Notes: a model not told the origin generated them from the letters alone. Numbered from the stretch's first letter, positions 1 to 8,634 are shown. The stretch is DNA of 64,000 nt from an uncultured Flavobacteriales bacterium (GCA_902478645.1 CABSLV010000001.1:15701-79700); one strand, 5' to 3'. Translations and numbers: made by a program.

Positions 1-470
1 GGGGCGATTCGGCGTTGGAAGAAGCCGACTACCTGTCCAAGATCTGCGCCAAAGTATACCTGATCGTACGCCGGGATGCCTTCCGCGCCTCGAAAGCCAT
101 GCAAGCCCGTGTAAGCTCCAACCCCAAGATCGACATCCTCTGGAACAGCCGCATCGACGAAATCCTCGGCCAGCAAGCCGTCGAAGGCGTCCGAATCAAG
201 AGCAACATAGACGACTCCGCCCGGGAAATCGCCCTGGAAGGCGTATTCGTAGCCATCGGCCATCACCCCTCCACCGAACTTTTCGCCGGCCAACTCGACC
301 TCTCCCCCGAAGGCTACATCCTCACCCAGGCCGGCACCTCGCTCACCAACCTCCCCGGAGTCTTTGCCGCCGGCGACGTCCAGGACAACCGCTACCGCCA
401 GGCCATCACCTCGGCCGGGTCGGGTTGCAAAGCCGCCCTCGATGCCGAAAAATACCTCGCCGAGCTGTAA
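1..470 (+). CDS. trxB: thioredoxin-disulfide reductase, C-terminal part (5' end outside window)
   Basis: Frame is open back to position 3. The C-terminal sequence GVFAAGDVQDNRYRQAITSAGSGCKAALDAEKYL is typical of TrxR. A strong terminator follows. Confidence 0.85.
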   Translation, partial: GDSALEEADYLSKICAKVYLIVRRDAFRASKAMQARVSSNPKIDILWNSRIDEILGQQAVEGVRIKSNIDDSAREIALEGVFVAIGHHPSTELFAGQLDLSPEGYILTQAGTSLTNLPGVFAAGDVQDNRYRQAITSAGSGCKAALDAEKYLAEL

Positions 471-492
471 ACTCCGCGAGCCTTATTCAACC

Positions 493-535
493 GTGCGGCC
501 GGCAGGGAATCCCCTGCCGGCCGCACGCTGTTTTT
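493..535 (+). terminator. rho-independent terminator after trxB
   Basis: Perfect 15-bp stem gtgcggccggcaggg (493-507) / ccctgccggccgcac (512-526), loop aatc, then gctgttttt. Confidence 0.8.
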
Positions 536-580
536 GCCCGCCTCCGTCCACTTGCGCCACGCAACCGGACATCCCAAGGC

Positions 581-1213
581 TCACAACGGCCCCCAAACGT
601 AGCGCAGTGCCACCACCGCCGCATCGGAAAAACGAACCAGCGAATCTAGACGCACCTTATAGTAAAAATCACCCGCCGACGGGCGGAAATCCATTTCCTC
701 TCCCGGCACATCGCCCCCGGCCGACCATTCCGCCAGGAGCATATCCGTACCCCGGACCACATCCTCACCCATCGGCCCGCAATACCGCCCCGCCTGCCGC
801 GTATCGAGCAGCGCACGACGGACGATCTGCCGGTCGGAAACCTCCTTCCCCACCGCATTGTAACTCCAGCGGAACGTAACCCCGAAATATTCGCATCCCC
901 CCTGCTCGATCTCCAACAGCGTATGCTCCCCGTAGCGGCACAACTCGTAACCCGTCACGGCATTCACCCGCACGAACGAATAATCGGCCGCCGCAAACGG
1001 CGTACTGTCCACCAGTATCGGCATCGGGACACCCCGTACACAATCGGAAACATCCACCCGGCTCCCTTCCGCCCCCACGCGCAGATCGACACAACGCTTC
1101 CACAGCGAATCCAACGAAACACCATCCTGCGCCGTCCCTTCGGTACGGACCGCATCCCGACAAGCACACAACAGCCCGAGGGCTGCCAAGACAAAGAAGA
1201 GCCTATGTTTCAT
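581..1213 (-). CDS. hypothetical lipoprotein
   Basis: The ORF was trimmed to the in-frame ATG at 1213. N-terminus MKHRLFFVLAALGLLCAC is a lipobox-type signal peptide. No recognisable catalytic motif. Confidence 0.6.
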   Translation of the reverse strand: MKHRLFFVLAALGLLCACRDAVRTEGTAQDGVSLDSLWKRCVDLRVGAEGSRVDVSDCVRGVPMPILVDSTPFAAADYSFVRVNAVTGYELCRYGEHTLLEIEQGGCEYFGVTFRWSYNAVGKEVSDRQIVRRALLDTRQAGRYCGPMGEDVVRGTDMLLAEWSAGGDVPGEEMDFRPSAGDFYYKVRLDSLVRFSDAAVVALRYVWGPL

Positions 1214-1254
1214 TTTCCGACGATTTTTTTCCGGTGAACCGATTTTTTCCCGTA

Positions 1255-1725
1255 TCAGAAGAACACCACGTGAAAACAGCCGTTTTCGTCGAGCACCTGG
1301 GCCACCTTCGGCCGCAAAGCCCGCAAAAACTCCTGCGGATACGACAACGTGCTCTTGGCCACATCGGCCACATTGCCCTTGTCGCTGCAATGCTTCGATA
1401 CATTCTCCGGGCCAAGGTACTTAATTTTTTGCTCCATAGCAAAAATGATCTCTCCCTTATCCTTTTTTTTATCGGAAAGTTCCTCATACACCGCGATCAC
1501 CTCCCGCCCCGGCTGGCGGTATTGACACCTCTGATAGAGGACACCCGTCCGCTCGAGATTCTCGAACATCACCCGGGCCTGGTCGTAAGGCGTCCGCGCG
1601 GTACTGGTTACCACGATCGTATAATTTCCCGAAGCCTCCCCGGCCTCTTTCAGGATCGAAAGATAAACCGAAGAGAGCGTTCCCTTTCTTACTGACACAT
1701 TCGCTTTTTTGTCTAAATTCTTCAT
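1255..1725 (-). CDS. hypothetical protein, weak LAS/peptidase-M15-like motifs
   Basis: 156-aa ORF with no signal peptide. STARTPYDQ, SKHCSDKGNVADV and a C-terminal FHV loosely resemble M15-family motifs. It has its own TATATTTG box upstream. Confidence 0.55.
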   Translation of the reverse strand: MKNLDKKANVSVRKGTLSSVYLSILKEAGEASGNYTIVVTSTARTPYDQARVMFENLERTGVLYQRCQYRQPGREVIAVYEELSDKKKDKGEIIFAMEQKIKYLGPENVSKHCSDKGNVADVAKSTLSYPQEFLRALRPKVAQVLDENGCFHVVFF

Positions 1726-1749
1726 AATTCTACATCTTTTGATTTCCTA

Positions 1750-1757
1750 CAAATATA
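1750..1757 (-). promoter_or_regulatory. Bacteroidetes-type -7 box TATATTTG
   Basis: Reverse complement of caaatata, about 25 nt upstream of the ATG at 1725, in an AT-rich spacer. Confidence 0.55.
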
Positions 1758-1830
1758 ATCAAAAAAGAAATAAAAAACAAATTTGCCGACCTTCCCCCGA
1801 CCACGTATCACCCCCGGGTTCCGTTCAATC

Positions 1831-1866
1831 AAAAAAAAGCCGGGGTTTTCGCCCCGGCTTTTTTTG
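1831..1866 (-). terminator. bidirectional-looking terminator after argH
   Basis: Reads a8-gccgggg / ccccggc-t7. It is nested inside an outer inverted repeat gggttccgttc (1816-1826) / gaacggaaccc (1869-1879). Confidence 0.75.
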
Positions 1867-1893
1867 TCGAACGGAACCCCTTGGAAAGGGAAC

Positions 1894-3186
1894 CTATTCC
1901 AGTTCCTTCATCGCCGCATCCATCTTGGCCACGATCAGATCGTTGCGCAGGTTGCCCAGCGAACCGATGTGCGTATGGTTCAACTTCTTGTCCGGCGTAA
2001 AAGTCCCCTCAGCGATCTCGCGGCCCACCTTTTTGTACGCATCGCGGAACGGCATCCCCGAAAGCACCAGACGATTCACCTCCTCCACGCTGAAGATGTA
2101 GCGGTAGCGCGGATCGTCCAACAGGTCGCGGCTCACGCGGATATTGGCCAGCATGAAATCGGCCATGTCCAGACAGCTGTTCAACATGGACACCGCCGGG
2201 ACAAAACACTCCTTGAGCAGTTGCAGGTCGCGCTGATAACCCGAAGGCAGGTTGTTCTGGATCAGGATCAATTCGTTGGGCAGCGCCTGGATGCGGTTGC
2301 ATTTGGAGCGGATCAACTCGAACACATCGGGATTTTTCTTGTGCGGCATGATGCTCGACCCGGTAGTCAGTTCGTCGGGAAAGGACACGAAACCGAAGTT
2401 CTGGCTCATGTACAGGCAGATATCCATCGCCATCTTGGACAGCGTACCCGCCACGGAAGCCATGGCAAAAGCCGAAGTCTTTTCCAGTTTTCCACGGCTC
2501 ATCTGTGCCGCCACGGAATTGACCTTCATCTGCGAGAAGCCCAGCTCACGCGTAGTTACCTCGCGGTCGATGGGGAACGACGAACCGTACCCGGCCGCCG
2601 AACCCAAGGGATTCTGGTCGGCAATGCGGTACGCCGCGTTGAGCAGGTACACGTCGTCCACCAGGCTCTCGGCATACGCCCCGAACCACAACCCGAACGA
2701 AGAAGGCATCGCCACCTGAAGATGGGTGTAACCCGGCAGCAGAACATCCTTGTACTGCTCCGAGAGGGCAATAAGCCGATCGAAAAGCGTGCGCACGCCC
2801 CGGCGGATATGCAGCAATTCGTCCCGCACATACAGGTGCATGTCGACCAGCACCTGGTCGTTGCGCGAGCGGGCCGTATGGATCTTCTTGCCCGTATCGC
2901 CCAAACGCTCGGTGAGCATAAATTCGATCTTGGAGTGTACGTCCTCGAACTCGTCCTCGATCTTGAAACCGCCTTTTTCGATCTCCGCCCCGATGGCGTC
3001 CAATTCCCGGAGCACACCCTCGAGTTCCTCGTCGGTCAGCACCCCGATACGGTTCAGCATCACAGCCTGTGCCTTGTTGCCCTGCACGTCGTAGCGCGCC
3101 AGCACCTGATCCAGCACGCGGTCGTTCCCGACGGTAAACACATCTATCTTTTGATCGATGGAATATCCCTTGTCCCAGAGTTTCAT
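1894..3186 (-). CDS. argH: argininosuccinate lyase
   Basis: 430 aa. N-terminus MKLWDKGYSIDQKI and the fumarate-lyase signature region GSSIMPHKKNPD are present. Confidence 0.95.
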   Translation of the reverse strand: MKLWDKGYSIDQKIDVFTVGNDRVLDQVLARYDVQGNKAQAVMLNRIGVLTDEELEGVLRELDAIGAEIEKGGFKIEDEFEDVHSKIEFMLTERLGDTGKKIHTARSRNDQVLVDMHLYVRDELLHIRRGVRTLFDRLIALSEQYKDVLLPGYTHLQVAMPSSFGLWFGAYAESLVDDVYLLNAAYRIADQNPLGSAAGYGSSFPIDREVTTRELGFSQMKVNSVAAQMSRGKLEKTSAFAMASVAGTLSKMAMDICLYMSQNFGFVSFPDELTTGSSIMPHKKNPDVFELIRSKCNRIQALPNELILIQNNLPSGYQRDLQLLKECFVPAVSMLNSCLDMADFMLANIRVSRDLLDDPRYRYIFSVEEVNRLVLSGMPFRDAYKKVGREIAEGTFTPDKKLNHTHIGSLGNLRNDLIVAKMDAAMKELE

Positions 3187-3268
3187 ATTTTTCCTCGTTT
3201 TTATCTTTTGTATTTCCTTTTACTGCACCTGGTATCTTCTTTGCCAAAAGAAAGTTGCGCTCGTACTA

Positions 3269-4342
3269 TCATCCCACGAGCAATCGTTCCAGCAGCTGCC
3301 CGTACACCCGTATCCCCTGCTCCAATTCGGCCACCTCCACGTATTCGTCCGCCGTATGGGAACGTTCGGAAAGCCCCGGACCTATCTTCAGGCACGGGCA
3401 CGGCAGTAAAGCCGCATCCGACATCGTCGGCGAGCCGAACGAATCCAAGCCCAACGCACGCCCCGCCTCGACCAAAGGATGGTCCGAAGCAATGGCCCAC
3501 GCCCTGCGCCGCAACGAGCGCGCCTGCGCGTGCGCACCGATGAGCCCCTGCAAAGTGTCCATGATCTCCTGGTTGGTATAGGCATCGGTGGTGCGTATAT
3601 CCACCGTGAAGGTGCATTTATCCGGGATCACATTGTGCTGGATACCGGCCTGAACCATCGTAACGGTCATCTTTACCTTTCCCAACGTAGGCGACACCCG
3701 CGGAAACTCGTACCTGCGGATCGCCTCGATGTCCTTCACCGCTTTGTAGATCGCGTTGTCCCCCTCCTCGCGCGCCGCATGACCGCTGCGCCCCTGCGCC
3801 GTACAATCCACCACGATCAGCGACTTCTCGGCTACCGCCATCCGCATCCCGGTCGGTTCCCCGACGATCGCACAATCGATCGGAGGCAAATGTTCCCACA
3901 GTGCCGACACACCATCGGCCCCCGAGCACTCTTCTTCGGCTACCGCAGCCAAAGCCAGGTTGTACCGCAAGCCCTCCCGGGGATAAAAGCGCGCAAAAGC
4001 CTCGATCAACCCCACCAACGGAGCGCCCGCATCGTTGCTACCCAGCCCGTACAACCGCCCCTGCTCCAACGAAGCCCGGTACGGATCGCGCGTGTAACCG
4101 GCCGCCGGGCGCACCGTATCGTGATGCGAGCACAGCAAAAGCGTAGGGAGTTTCGGGTCGAAATGGCGGTTGAGGGCCCACACGTTGTTCTTGACCCTTT
4201 GCGCGGCGATACCCCGTCCCGAAAGGTGGGAGAGGAGATACTCGGCCGTGCCGTCTTCCTGCCGCGAGCAGGACGGTATCTCCACCAGATGAGCCAGATT
4301 ATCCAAGGCCGTAGCCAAGGCTTTTTCGATCGAGTACTCCAT
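3269..4342 (-). CDS. M20-family deacylase (acetylornithine deacetylase / ArgE-DapE-like)
   Basis: Peptidase M20 pattern (LLCSHHDTV, GLGSNDAGAP, AVAEEE). Sits 82 nt upstream of argH on the same strand. Start moved to MEYSIEKAL (ATG at 4342) because the upstream part of the ORF lies in the repeat and promoter. Confidence 0.8.
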   Translation of the reverse strand: MEYSIEKALATALDNLAHLVEIPSCSRQEDGTAEYLLSHLSGRGIAAQRVKNNVWALNRHFDPKLPTLLLCSHHDTVRPAAGYTRDPYRASLEQGRLYGLGSNDAGAPLVGLIEAFARFYPREGLRYNLALAAVAEEECSGADGVSALWEHLPPIDCAIVGEPTGMRMAVAEKSLIVVDCTAQGRSGHAAREEGDNAIYKAVKDIEAIRRYEFPRVSPTLGKVKMTVTMVQAGIQHNVIPDKCTFTVDIRTTDAYTNQEIMDTLQGLIGAHAQARSLRRRAWAIASDHPLVEAGRALGLDSFGSPTMSDAALLPCPCLKIGPGLSERSHTADEYVEVAELEQGIRVYGQLLERLLVG

Positions 4343-4347
4343 GAGCG

Positions 4348-4355
4348 CAAAAATA
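4348..4355 (-). promoter_or_regulatory. -7 box TATTTTTG at the end of repeat array A
   Basis: Reverse complement of caaaaata. Only 5 nt separate the box from the ATG at 4342, so the transcript would be near-leaderless. Confidence 0.45.
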
Positions 4356-4522
4356 GTGAAAGGCGAGCGCAGCGGCAAACCGGGAAACGAAGTTTTCGGG
4401 TTGGACGAATGCCGAGCCGCCTCCTGTTTTATCTAAAAATAGTGAAAGGTGAGCGCAGCGGCAAACCGGGAAACGAAGTTTTCAGGTTGGACGAATGCCG
4501 AGAGCGCCTTCCTGTTTTATCT
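4349..4522. repeat. tandem repeat array A (2 copies, period 86 bp; divergent subfamily)
   Basis: Copy 1 spans 4349-4434 and copy 2 spans 4435-4522. Unit: aaaaatagtgaaagg[c/t]gagcgcagcggcaaaccgggaaacgaagttttc[g/a]ggttggacgaatgccgag..cctgttttatct. Confidence 0.9.
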
Positions 4523-4532
4523 CAGAAAAACA

Positions 4533-5327
4533 TCAGAAATACGTAGGCTTGTCCCGCTCGGCCAAACTGTCGTCGGAAAAGCGGCGGATCTTTTCGTTGA
4601 GCCGGCGGAAAAATTCCGGCAGACGCGCCAAAGGCGCGCCCCCCCGCCACAGTTCTCCCGGCACGAACACCGTCAAGGCATGTTCCGTATGGTTACCTAT
4701 GCGGATCGCATCCTCGTCGGTCAATTCCTCCGGATAGTCGGCCAGCAGCACCAGTTGCACATCCGTCAGGCGAAGGGTGGACAGATCCGGACAAGCGCTG
4801 CCGCGAGGAATATCCCCATAGACATTTTCCAGGCGGTTGCGCCGGAGCAACTCGCTGACCAAATTCTGCCCCCCGGCCGCCGTATAGGGTTCCCGGGAGA
4901 AAAAGAAAGCCGTGCGCAACGCATCGGCCCCGCGTACCTGATCGGCCAGCAGGGAAAACCCGTATTCGGTCTTGGTAACGACCTTCTCCGCCTCGGCTGC
5001 CCGCCCCAGAACGTTTCCGATCCGGCGGAGGTTGTCGTACGCCTGCTCCAGGGTATCGCCTCCTACGGGGATCACCTCGGCCCCTTCCCGATCCAGGCTT
5101 TCACTCCGCCGAGGGTCGTAACCCGCCGGAACCAGCACCACATCGGGACGAAATTCCAGCACCTGCTCCACCGGTGCTTCGACATCTATCTTCGGCAACA
5201 AGGCATACAACGGGTCGGTGGGGCGTTTCTGCACCGCACATCCGGCCAACATCCTCCCGGCCGAGAGGGCAAACACCGTATCGGTACTCTCGGCACAAAG
5301 ACTCACTACGATCTTGTCGTTACGCAT
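4533..5327 (-). CDS. periplasmic-binding-protein family protein (TroA/BtuF-like), no obvious signal peptide
   Basis: 264 aa. Overall pattern resembles Peripla_BP_2 proteins (PDVVLVPAGYDP, LLADYPEELT). The family call is by resemblance only. Confidence 0.6.
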   Translation of the reverse strand: MRNDKIVVSLCAESTDTVFALSAGRMLAGCAVQKRPTDPLYALLPKIDVEAPVEQVLEFRPDVVLVPAGYDPRRSESLDREGAEVIPVGGDTLEQAYDNLRRIGNVLGRAAEAEKVVTKTEYGFSLLADQVRGADALRTAFFFSREPYTAAGGQNLVSELLRRNRLENVYGDIPRGSACPDLSTLRLTDVQLVLLADYPEELTDEDAIRIGNHTEHALTVFVPGELWRGGAPLARLPEFFRRLNEKIRRFSDDSLAERDKPTYF

Positions 5328-5428
5328 ATCCTATTGTTTTTACGCTCCAAAGGTAGGCATTCCGCCCCGGGGAGAAAAAAAATATCGCTCTCGACGCAAA
5401 ATTTGTTTGGATGTTTCGTTTTTGTGCG

Positions 5429-5436
5429 TATCTTTG
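5429..5436 (+). promoter_or_regulatory. -7 box TATCTTTG for tRNA-Asp
   Basis: The box ends 17 nt before the mature tRNA 5' end. TTTG motifs at 5402-5409 lie about 19 nt upstream. Confidence 0.65.
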
Positions 5437-5453
5437 CAACCGCTATCCAGAGA

Positions 5454-5527
5454 GGTTCGGTAGTTCAGCTGGTTAGAATACATGCCTGTCACGCATGGGG
5501 TCGCGGGTTCGAGTCCCGTCCGGACCG
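5454..5527 (+). tRNA. tRNA-Asp (anticodon GTC)
   Basis: A cloverleaf can be drawn by hand: acceptor GGTTCGG/CCGGACC, anticodon stem catgc/gcatg with loop ctGTCac, T-loop GGTTCGAGTCC. Confidence 0.9.
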
Positions 5528-5529
5528 CG

Positions 5530-5570
5530 AAAAATCCTCCACAAATCCTTGTGGGGGATTTTTCATTTTT
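5530..5570 (+). terminator. terminator after tRNA-Asp
   Basis: aaaaatcctccacaa / ttgtgggggattttt with one G-U pair, followed by a T-rich tail. Confidence 0.7.
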
Positions 5571-5674
5571 ACTTCCCTCCGAAGAACCTCTTCTTCTCAA
5601 GGAAACCACCGTACATCCCCAAGCGCAAAACAAAAATCCTTACAAAGTTTTCCGCACATCACCCAGGCTTTCAC

Positions 5675-5682
5675 TATTTTTG
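5675..5682 (+). promoter_or_regulatory. -7 box TATTTTTG inside the motif GGCTTTCACTATTTTTG
   Basis: Lies 17 nt upstream of the ATG at 5699. The motif is the same as the terminal part of the 86-bp repeat family. Confidence 0.5.
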
Positions 5683-5698
5683 CGACAAAGCACCCCGG

Positions 5699-6340
5699 AT
5701 GAAAACCCTGCATATACTCCTTCCCCTTCTCGCCCTGGCCGCCTGCCAAGGATGCAGGCACCAAAACGGGATAGACCCCCGCTCCATCGAATACAACCTC
5801 CGGGCGGAGGAGGTTTTGCAGCGTTTTCTCCACGAGGGGATGCCCGATACTACCGCCTGGGCGCAGGCGGAAACCTTTTCCGATTCTGTGCGCATCCTCT
5901 TCCGGGACGTGGTGGACAGTTGCCAGACGTTGCTCGACTCGGCGGTAATGTACTCCCCGCAATCCCACCTCTACTACGCCCGGAAAGCAACCCTCTACCT
6001 GTACTGCCTGGACTACGGGAACGCCCTTGTCTGGATGAAAAAAGCCCTCGAAAAAAAGGACCTTCCCTCACTCCGGCTCAGCATCGGGATGCTGCTGCAA
6101 AAAATAGGGGACGAATCCCAAGCCCGGACCTGGTACCATCAGGCGGCCGACCGGTACCGCGCGCTCGATACCTTGTCGCAAGCCGACAAGGTAAATTATG
6201 CACTGGCCCTGGCCTTGGCCGGAGAAAAAGAACAGGCCCGCAAGGCCATCGACAGCCTGATAAAGGACACCCCGGCGCGGGAACAACTCCTGCGTGCGCT
6301 GGAAAATCCACAGGGGACCCTCGACGAGTTCCTCCCCTGA
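5699..6340 (+). CDS. hypothetical lipoprotein, helical/TPR-like
   Basis: In-frame ATG giving MKTLHILLPLLALAACQGC (lipobox). The rest is helical-repeat-like. The upstream part of the track ORF overlaps the tRNA. Confidence 0.6.
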   Translation: MKTLHILLPLLALAACQGCRHQNGIDPRSIEYNLRAEEVLQRFLHEGMPDTTAWAQAETFSDSVRILFRDVVDSCQTLLDSAVMYSPQSHLYYARKATLYLYCLDYGNALVWMKKALEKKDLPSLRLSIGMLLQKIGDESQARTWYHQAADRYRALDTLSQADKVNYALALALAGEKEQARKAIDSLIKDTPAREQLLRALENPQGTLDEFLP

Positions 6341-6491
6341 CGCCTTCCTTTCGCTCCGCGATCCCGTCTTTCCCTCCATTCCTGCGACCCTGTTTTTCAG
6401 CCGAGGCATCCAAAACCCCCAAAGCCCACTCCGGAAGGGCTCCCTCTGCGCTTCTTTTTTCAAAGAAAAGCCGATCTTTCGATAAAATCCT

Positions 6492-6499
6492 TACTTTTG
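6492..6499 (+). promoter_or_regulatory. -7 box TACTTTTG
   Basis: Lies 37 nt upstream of the ATG at 6536. Confidence 0.5.
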
Positions 6500-6535
6500 C
6501 TTTCGTCTAACCAATACTAATCTTTTTCAAATTCC

Positions 6536-7747
6536 ATGAAAAGTAAATTTTTAGCAGCGGCACTGCTATGCCTGGCCTTTGCCGTATCTTTCGAATCGCA
6601 GGCAAAAGGCCTGAAAAAAGCCTCTCCGGAATCCGCCGGTATGGACTCCGAACGATTGGAAAAAGTGGATCAGCTCATCTACGATGCCATCGACCAGGGC
6701 GAAATGCCGGGAGCCGTATTGGCCGTGGTAAGGGACAAAAAACTGGTCTATCTCAAAGCCTACGGCAACAAGAGCGTCTATCCCGACACCGTAGCCATGA
6801 CCACCAACACGGTCTTCGACCTGGCTTCGTGCAGCAAAGTCGTGGGGACCACCATGTCAATGATGCACCTGCTCGAATCGGGCGGATACCGCTTGTCCGA
6901 CCCCGTGAGCCAATACATCCCCGGCTTCCAGCCTTACGTCGATCCGGAAACGGGCGAAGAGACCGAGATCCGCATCATCGACCTGCTCACGCACACTTCG
7001 GGACTTCCCGGATATGTCTCCGCCGACAAGGTGATCAAAACCTACGGGAAAGCCGACCCCGATTCGCTGATGGCCTACATCTGCACGATGCCGCGCAATT
7101 TCAAACCGAAAACCGCGTACAAATACAGCTGCCTGAACTTCATCACCCTGCAAAACGTCCTGCAAAACATCACCGGCGAACTCCTGTGCGACTACGCGCA
7201 GCGTAACGTCTTCGACGTCCTGGGGATGGAACACACCACATACCGTCCGAAAGCATCCGGAAAGACGGAGATCATGAAACTGGTCGCCCCCACCACCGTA
7301 TCGGCCGACGGATCGGTTCTGCTGGGAGAGACCCACGACCCGCTGGCACACCTGCTCAACTTCGACAACTCGGGCAACGCCGGCGTATTCTCCAGTGCGG
7401 AAGACCTGGCTGTCCTCTGCGCCGCCCTGCTCAACGGTGGCGAGATCAACGGCCGCCGCGTATTGGGCAAACCGACTGTCGAGGCCATGCTCCGCGAACC
7501 GGAAACCACCAAAGGTATCGGACATGCCCTCGGTTGGGTGTCCTACAGCCAGAATACCATGAACCTGCTCGACCCGGAATACACCGTGGGGCATACCGGC
7601 TACACCGGCACGCAGATCATCATCGATCCGGTGAACGACGTGGCCATCATCCTGCTCGCCCACCGCGTACACCCGGTCGATAAAGGCAACCTGGCTCCCC
7701 TGCGCGGGAAAGTAGCCAACGTGGTAGCCGGATCGATCGTAAAATAA
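6536..7747 (+). CDS. serine hydrolase, beta-lactamase (class C/PBP4*-like) family
   Basis: Signal peptide is present. SxxK motif is present in DLASCSKVV. Length and overall pattern match the beta-lactamase-related family. Confidence 0.85.
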   Translation: MKSKFLAAALLCLAFAVSFESQAKGLKKASPESAGMDSERLEKVDQLIYDAIDQGEMPGAVLAVVRDKKLVYLKAYGNKSVYPDTVAMTTNTVFDLASCSKVVGTTMSMMHLLESGGYRLSDPVSQYIPGFQPYVDPETGEETEIRIIDLLTHTSGLPGYVSADKVIKTYGKADPDSLMAYICTMPRNFKPKTAYKYSCLNFITLQNVLQNITGELLCDYAQRNVFDVLGMEHTTYRPKASGKTEIMKLVAPTTVSADGSVLLGETHDPLAHLLNFDNSGNAGVFSSAEDLAVLCAALLNGGEINGRRVLGKPTVEAMLREPETTKGIGHALGWVSYSQNTMNLLDPEYTVGHTGYTGTQIIIDPVNDVAIILLAHRVHPVDKGNLAPLRGKVANVVAGSIVK

Positions 7748-7812
7748 CCGGTCGCCCTACGGGCGCGGCCTTGACAGAAGACACCCGCATTTTCCATAAA
7801 GGAGGTATCCCT

Positions 7813-8493
7813 ATGAATCGCACCCTGTTTTTTTGGAGCATCGGCCTGTGCTTTTTCCTGGTCCTGGGCCTGGCACTGGGCACGGCGGCCAACGAAGTAT
7901 CCGACCAGGAGCAAACCCAGGCTGCCCTCGCCGACACACTCCCCATGCCGGCAGTCCCCCACCGGATCGGAAACAAGGTCTTGCGCGAACACATCGAACA
8001 GTTCGAGCAGAGACACGGGCAAGATCCGGATCATGCCCAGAGAGGGATTTCGGTATTCTGTCAGTCCTACCACTCGGGGCGGCAGTTGGATTCGTTGCGT
8101 TATGACATCACCTATACCGTCATCAACTTTCTGCCAACCTTCCCCTTTATCCTGTGCGACAGCATCCAGGGCAAACCGGTCGTCTTGTTTTTTCCCGACT
8201 TCTCCACCTCAGGTCCCGAATTTTACATCCCGGCCGAAGAAAACCTCGAACTGTTGAAAGGACATATCCCCAAGGAAGACTACCGCAGCATCCGCAAACG
8301 CTTGCGTGTACAGCGGGAACTGATCCGAAAGGACTATCAAAAGGCACTCCGAAAAGGCGGAAAAGACTCTCCCGCTCCGATGGACGAGGATGATTTCTTG
8401 CTCCTGGTCTGTGTTTCGGACTATCCTACCCTCACGCTGGTTTTCGACGGGGAGCAAAACCTGTTGCGCAGTTTCAAAAACTGGTACGATTGA
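7813..8493 (+). CDS. hypothetical membrane-anchored protein
   Basis: Start chosen at MNRTLFFWSIGLCFFLVLGLALG (N-terminal TM anchor). It is preceded by AAGGAGG 7 nt upstream. A terminator follows. Confidence 0.55.
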   Translation: MNRTLFFWSIGLCFFLVLGLALGTAANEVSDQEQTQAALADTLPMPAVPHRIGNKVLREHIEQFEQRHGQDPDHAQRGISVFCQSYHSGRQLDSLRYDITYTVINFLPTFPFILCDSIQGKPVVLFFPDFSTSGPEFYIPAEENLELLKGHIPKEDYRSIRKRLRVQRELIRKDYQKALRKGGKDSPAPMDEDDFLLLVCVSDYPTLTLVFDGEQNLLRSFKNWYD

Positions 8494-8503
8494 TCTTTAA
8501 CGC

Positions 8504-8534
8504 TCAGGCGGGCTTTTGCCCGCCTGACTTTTTT
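8504..8534 (+). terminator. rho-independent terminator
   Basis: tcaggcgggc tttt gcccgcctga followed by cttttttc. Confidence 0.8.
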
Positions 8535-8590
8535 CTCTCCAAAGCGCCGCCCGAGGGAAAACCGCATAGAAAGACCCGCCGCCGCGAAAA

Positions 8591-8625
8591 AAAATCCCGC
8601 CGAACATTCGCTTCGGCGGGATTTT
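8591..8625 (-). terminator. terminator for the minus-strand three-gene module
   Basis: aaaatcccgccgaa / ttcggcgggatttt with loop cattcgc. A-runs and T-runs flank it on both sides. Confidence 0.75.
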
Positions 8626-8634
8626 CATGTTTTT

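Noticed and set aside
1783-3543. 586-aa plus-strand ORF antisense to argH. Similar long antisense ORFs occur at 11125-12969, 12999-14855, 24991-26730, 50427-52241, 42806-43819 and 37498-38850.
   Set aside because: All of them lie opposite well-supported genes and have Arg/His/Pro/Gly-rich low-complexity translations with no motifs. They are typical shadow ORFs of high-GC DNA.
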